From assembly GCA_963677595.1 (NCBI GenBank), contig OY782041.1:2464001-2528000 (forward strand): a DNA stretch of 64,000 nucleotides, read 5' to 3'. This stretch comes from Spirochaetia bacterium. GTDB lineage: Bacteria > Spirochaetota > Spirochaetia > CAKZLE01. Shown one piece after another: positions 62,006-64,000 of the stretch. Position numbers and translations under genes: made by a program. Positions within the stretch are counted from its first letter, which is position 1; every line of letters starts with the position of its first letter. Under the pieces are notes generated by a model. That model saw only the letters and a program-made list of their open reading frames with translations. It was not told the origin of the DNA and did not search any database.

Positions 62006-62176
62006 ACTCCATGTAGGGTTCATGCAGAACGTCCACGACATGCATCCTCTTCCTCTGTCTAAGCTGAAATATCCTACATATTTGTAGGGTATCCTTGGTT
62101 CTGAGAAAATAAATCGTGCTTTTACGCCTTTCCGGGGCGGTATTTCAAAAAATATAGAAAAAAGAAACTATTTCCC

Positions 62177-62205
62177 TTGCTTTATTCGTGATCGCGTACT
62201 AGTAT
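62177..62205 (+). promoter_or_regulatory. Sigma70-type promoter of the split McbB-like array
   Basis: TTGCTT-N17-TAGTAT after an A/T-rich UP-like tract. Confidence 0.5.
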
Positions 62206-62268
62206 CATGTCAACAAGACAACAGGTTATCAAGTTATCATACCAGTTGTAATTTGAATGGAGGATCAC

Positions 62269-62712
62269 GTGGCAGAAGAGATGTTTCTTATGAAATGGCC
62301 GGAACTGGGTAAGCAGGTCAGATTGAGAAAGATTGAACACAATACGGAAGTATTTGATTGGTTCATGGATAATTTACCCACTAGTGGGATTCAGAGTCAT
62401 ACGGTAGTTGCGGGGTATGCCCTTACCTGTATGAGCCTTCCCGTCAAGAAACCATTCACCTACCGGTTTGCCGACCTGAAACAGGAGAACCTCGTTCCCC
62501 TGAAGAAGGGCCGATTCATCCTGAACATGACAATCGGTAATGTCATCAACTATGCGGTGAAATGGGGCGAGATGACAGAGCCTATGGCGTATCCTTCTTG
62601 GGCGGAAGTCGTCGATGAGGATATGGATACGCTGATCGAAGTAGGGAAGATCATCTGGCATAACATCGTGAATGAGAAGAAGATCATTCATGTTGAATAC
62701 GAGAAGGCGTGA
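62269..62712 (+). CDS. McbB/cucumopine synthase N-terminal-domain-like protein, copy 1
   Basis: KWPELG..V, LP...IQSHTVVAG and AVKWGEMTE..Y...AEVVDEDM..L.EVG..IW align with the McbB N-domain as I recall it. GTG start after GGAGGA. Confidence 0.7.
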   Translation: MAEEMFLMKWPELGKQVRLRKIEHNTEVFDWFMDNLPTSGIQSHTVVAGYALTCMSLPVKKPFTYRFADLKQENLVPLKKGRFILNMTIGNVINYAVKWGEMTEPMAYPSWAEVVDEDMDTLIEVGKIIWHNIVNEKKIIHVEYEKA

Positions 62713-62721
62713 GGTGTGACT

Positions 62722-63225
62722 ATGTGGAAAGATGTAAAAGCCGAGATAGATGCTGAGAACGAGAGACTGAGGTTCGAGGCTCCGGAAGATGTTGTGAAGG
62801 TAGTCCACCTTCGAGTGATCGATAGTGAATCGGGAACGGAGAAGATCCCCATGGGGAATTGGTTCTTCTCATTCTCCGATATCAGGTACGTAGGGGCTTA
62901 CCTCTACCAGATCATGAACCTGACCATGGATGATTCGTACTCCGTCGATCAGGCGAAGGAACTGGTATTCAAGATGATCTCACAGACCTCCGATTTTGCC
63001 GGATACTGCGGGTTCGTGACGCTCAGGACGTTTGTATTCAAGGCACTGGACGTGCTTGATGAGATAGACAACAAGGAAGACCTGTTCAGCCTGCTGAACT
63101 CAGTCTTCCTCTATGCCTCACACCTGCATACATGGATCAATAACTACTTCCCATGGAGTTATAACTACGCATTCCCGATCAGGACACCTGAAGATGTCGC
63201 TGATATGCAGAAATACGTGGACTAG
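62722..63225 (+). CDS. McbB/cucumopine synthase C-terminal helical-bundle-like protein, copy 1
   Basis: EI..E.ER....P, DFAGYCG..TL and LYAS.L.TW...YFPW match the C-terminal bundle motif. Confidence 0.72.
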   Translation: MWKDVKAEIDAENERLRFEAPEDVVKVVHLRVIDSESGTEKIPMGNWFFSFSDIRYVGAYLYQIMNLTMDDSYSVDQAKELVFKMISQTSDFAGYCGFVTLRTFVFKALDVLDEIDNKEDLFSLLNSVFLYASHLHTWINNYFPWSYNYAFPIRTPEDVADMQKYVD

Positions 63226-63239
63226 AAGGAGATAAGAGA

Positions 63240-63686
63240 ATGGCAGATTATTTCAAGATCAAATGGGAAAGTTTAGGGAAAGAGGTCCGCTGCAAAAAGA
63301 TAGAGCACAACCAGTTTATGTTCGACTGGTTCGAGGAGCAGCTTCCTGTCAAATCGATGCAGGGACATACCCTGGCCGCAGGCTGGGCGATCATGCACGT
63401 ATCAGTGCCGCTGAACAAGCCTGTCAACTGGGAGATGCGTACCGAAGTGACCGAGGTCATCGGGGAGCAGAACGAAGGTCGTGTGACCATGTTCATGGGT
63501 AACGGCACCTCCGCAGGCCTTGTCATCAAGTACGGCAGAATCACAGAGGATATGAGCTACCCGACCTTCGCGGAAGTCGTAGAAGAGGACCTGGGTATCC
63601 TGAAGGAAGTGGGTGCAGCCCAGTGGGAAGCGATACTCTATACAAAAGAGATCATTATTGCAGAGTTCTGCAAGGTAGAGGATTAA
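63240..63686 (+). CDS. McbB/cucumopine synthase N-terminal-domain-like protein, copy 2
   Basis: Paralogue of 62269-62712, with LPVKSMQGHTLAAG, VIKYGRITE and VVEEDL..LKEVG...W.A...TK. Confidence 0.72.
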   Translation: MADYFKIKWESLGKEVRCKKIEHNQFMFDWFEEQLPVKSMQGHTLAAGWAIMHVSVPLNKPVNWEMRTEVTEVIGEQNEGRVTMFMGNGTSAGLVIKYGRITEDMSYPTFAEVVEEDLGILKEVGAAQWEAILYTKEIIIAEFCKVED

Positions 63687-63690
63687 GCAT

Positions 63691-64000
63691 ATGGCAGATT
63701 GGAAAGTTGTTGCAGATAAGCTGACGGTTGCCGCTGAGAAGATACGGCTCGAACCGGATCATGATGTGGTCAAGACCATCAAATATGGACTGATTAATAC
63801 AGGAGCAGGGAACGGCGGTGCATTCAATGCCTGGGTGTTCGCATGCGGGGACGTCCGCCATGTAGGGGCATATTGCTATTACATCCTGTGGTTCGCAAAC
63901 CACTCCGAGGATTTCACCCTCGACCAGCTCAAGGACATGACCAGGCTCTGGCCAAGACAGCCTGCTGAGTTCGCTGCGTACTGCGGGTTCGATGAGCTCT
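63691..64000 (+). CDS. McbB/cucumopine synthase C-terminal-domain-like protein, copy 2 (3'-truncated by window)
   Basis: Own translation MADWKVVADKL...GAG...GDVRHVGAY...PAEFAAYCGFDEL. Paralogue of 62722-63225, open to the window end and absent from the ORF track. Confidence 0.7.
   Translation, partial: MADWKVVADKLTVAAEKIRLEPDHDVVKTIKYGLINTGAGNGGAFNAWVFACGDVRHVGAYCYYILWFANHSEDFTLDQLKDMTRLWPRQPAEFAAYCGFDEL

Overview
GC-rich bacterial chromosomal window, most likely from a free-living spirochaete (Spirochaetales/Sphaerochaetaceae-like). The basis is the rny-ymdB-tlyA...der...grpE-dnaK-dnaJ-spoU and rpsT-hup-lnt-cinA-rho-rpmE gene orders plus an 'FAGGAQE'-type binding-protein signal. Positions ~10-43 kb are mostly housekeeping genes. 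Accessory parts are: (1) a partial IS1634-family element followed by a probably LacI-controlled catabolic locus (sugar-type ABC transporter, carbon-nitrogen hydrolase, HisD/HpsN-like dehydrogenase, three paralogous SnoaL/NTF2-like proteins); (2) a low-GC ABC-ATPase + TOPRIM two-gene cassette bounded by an exact 12-bp direct repeat, a candidate anti-phage system; (3) an aminotransferase preceded by an Ala-rich 28-codon leader ORF; (4) an amino-sugar locus (ROK, nagA, DUF4954-like, nagB, MFS); and (5) at the right edge, a tandem N-C-N-C array of split genes resembling the two domains of McbB/cucumopine-synthase Pictet-Spenglerases, the most unusual item. Several genes appear to be transcribed leaderless. 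No rRNA, tRNA or CRISPR array was recognised. All assignments come from motif recognition by eye; no database searches were run.
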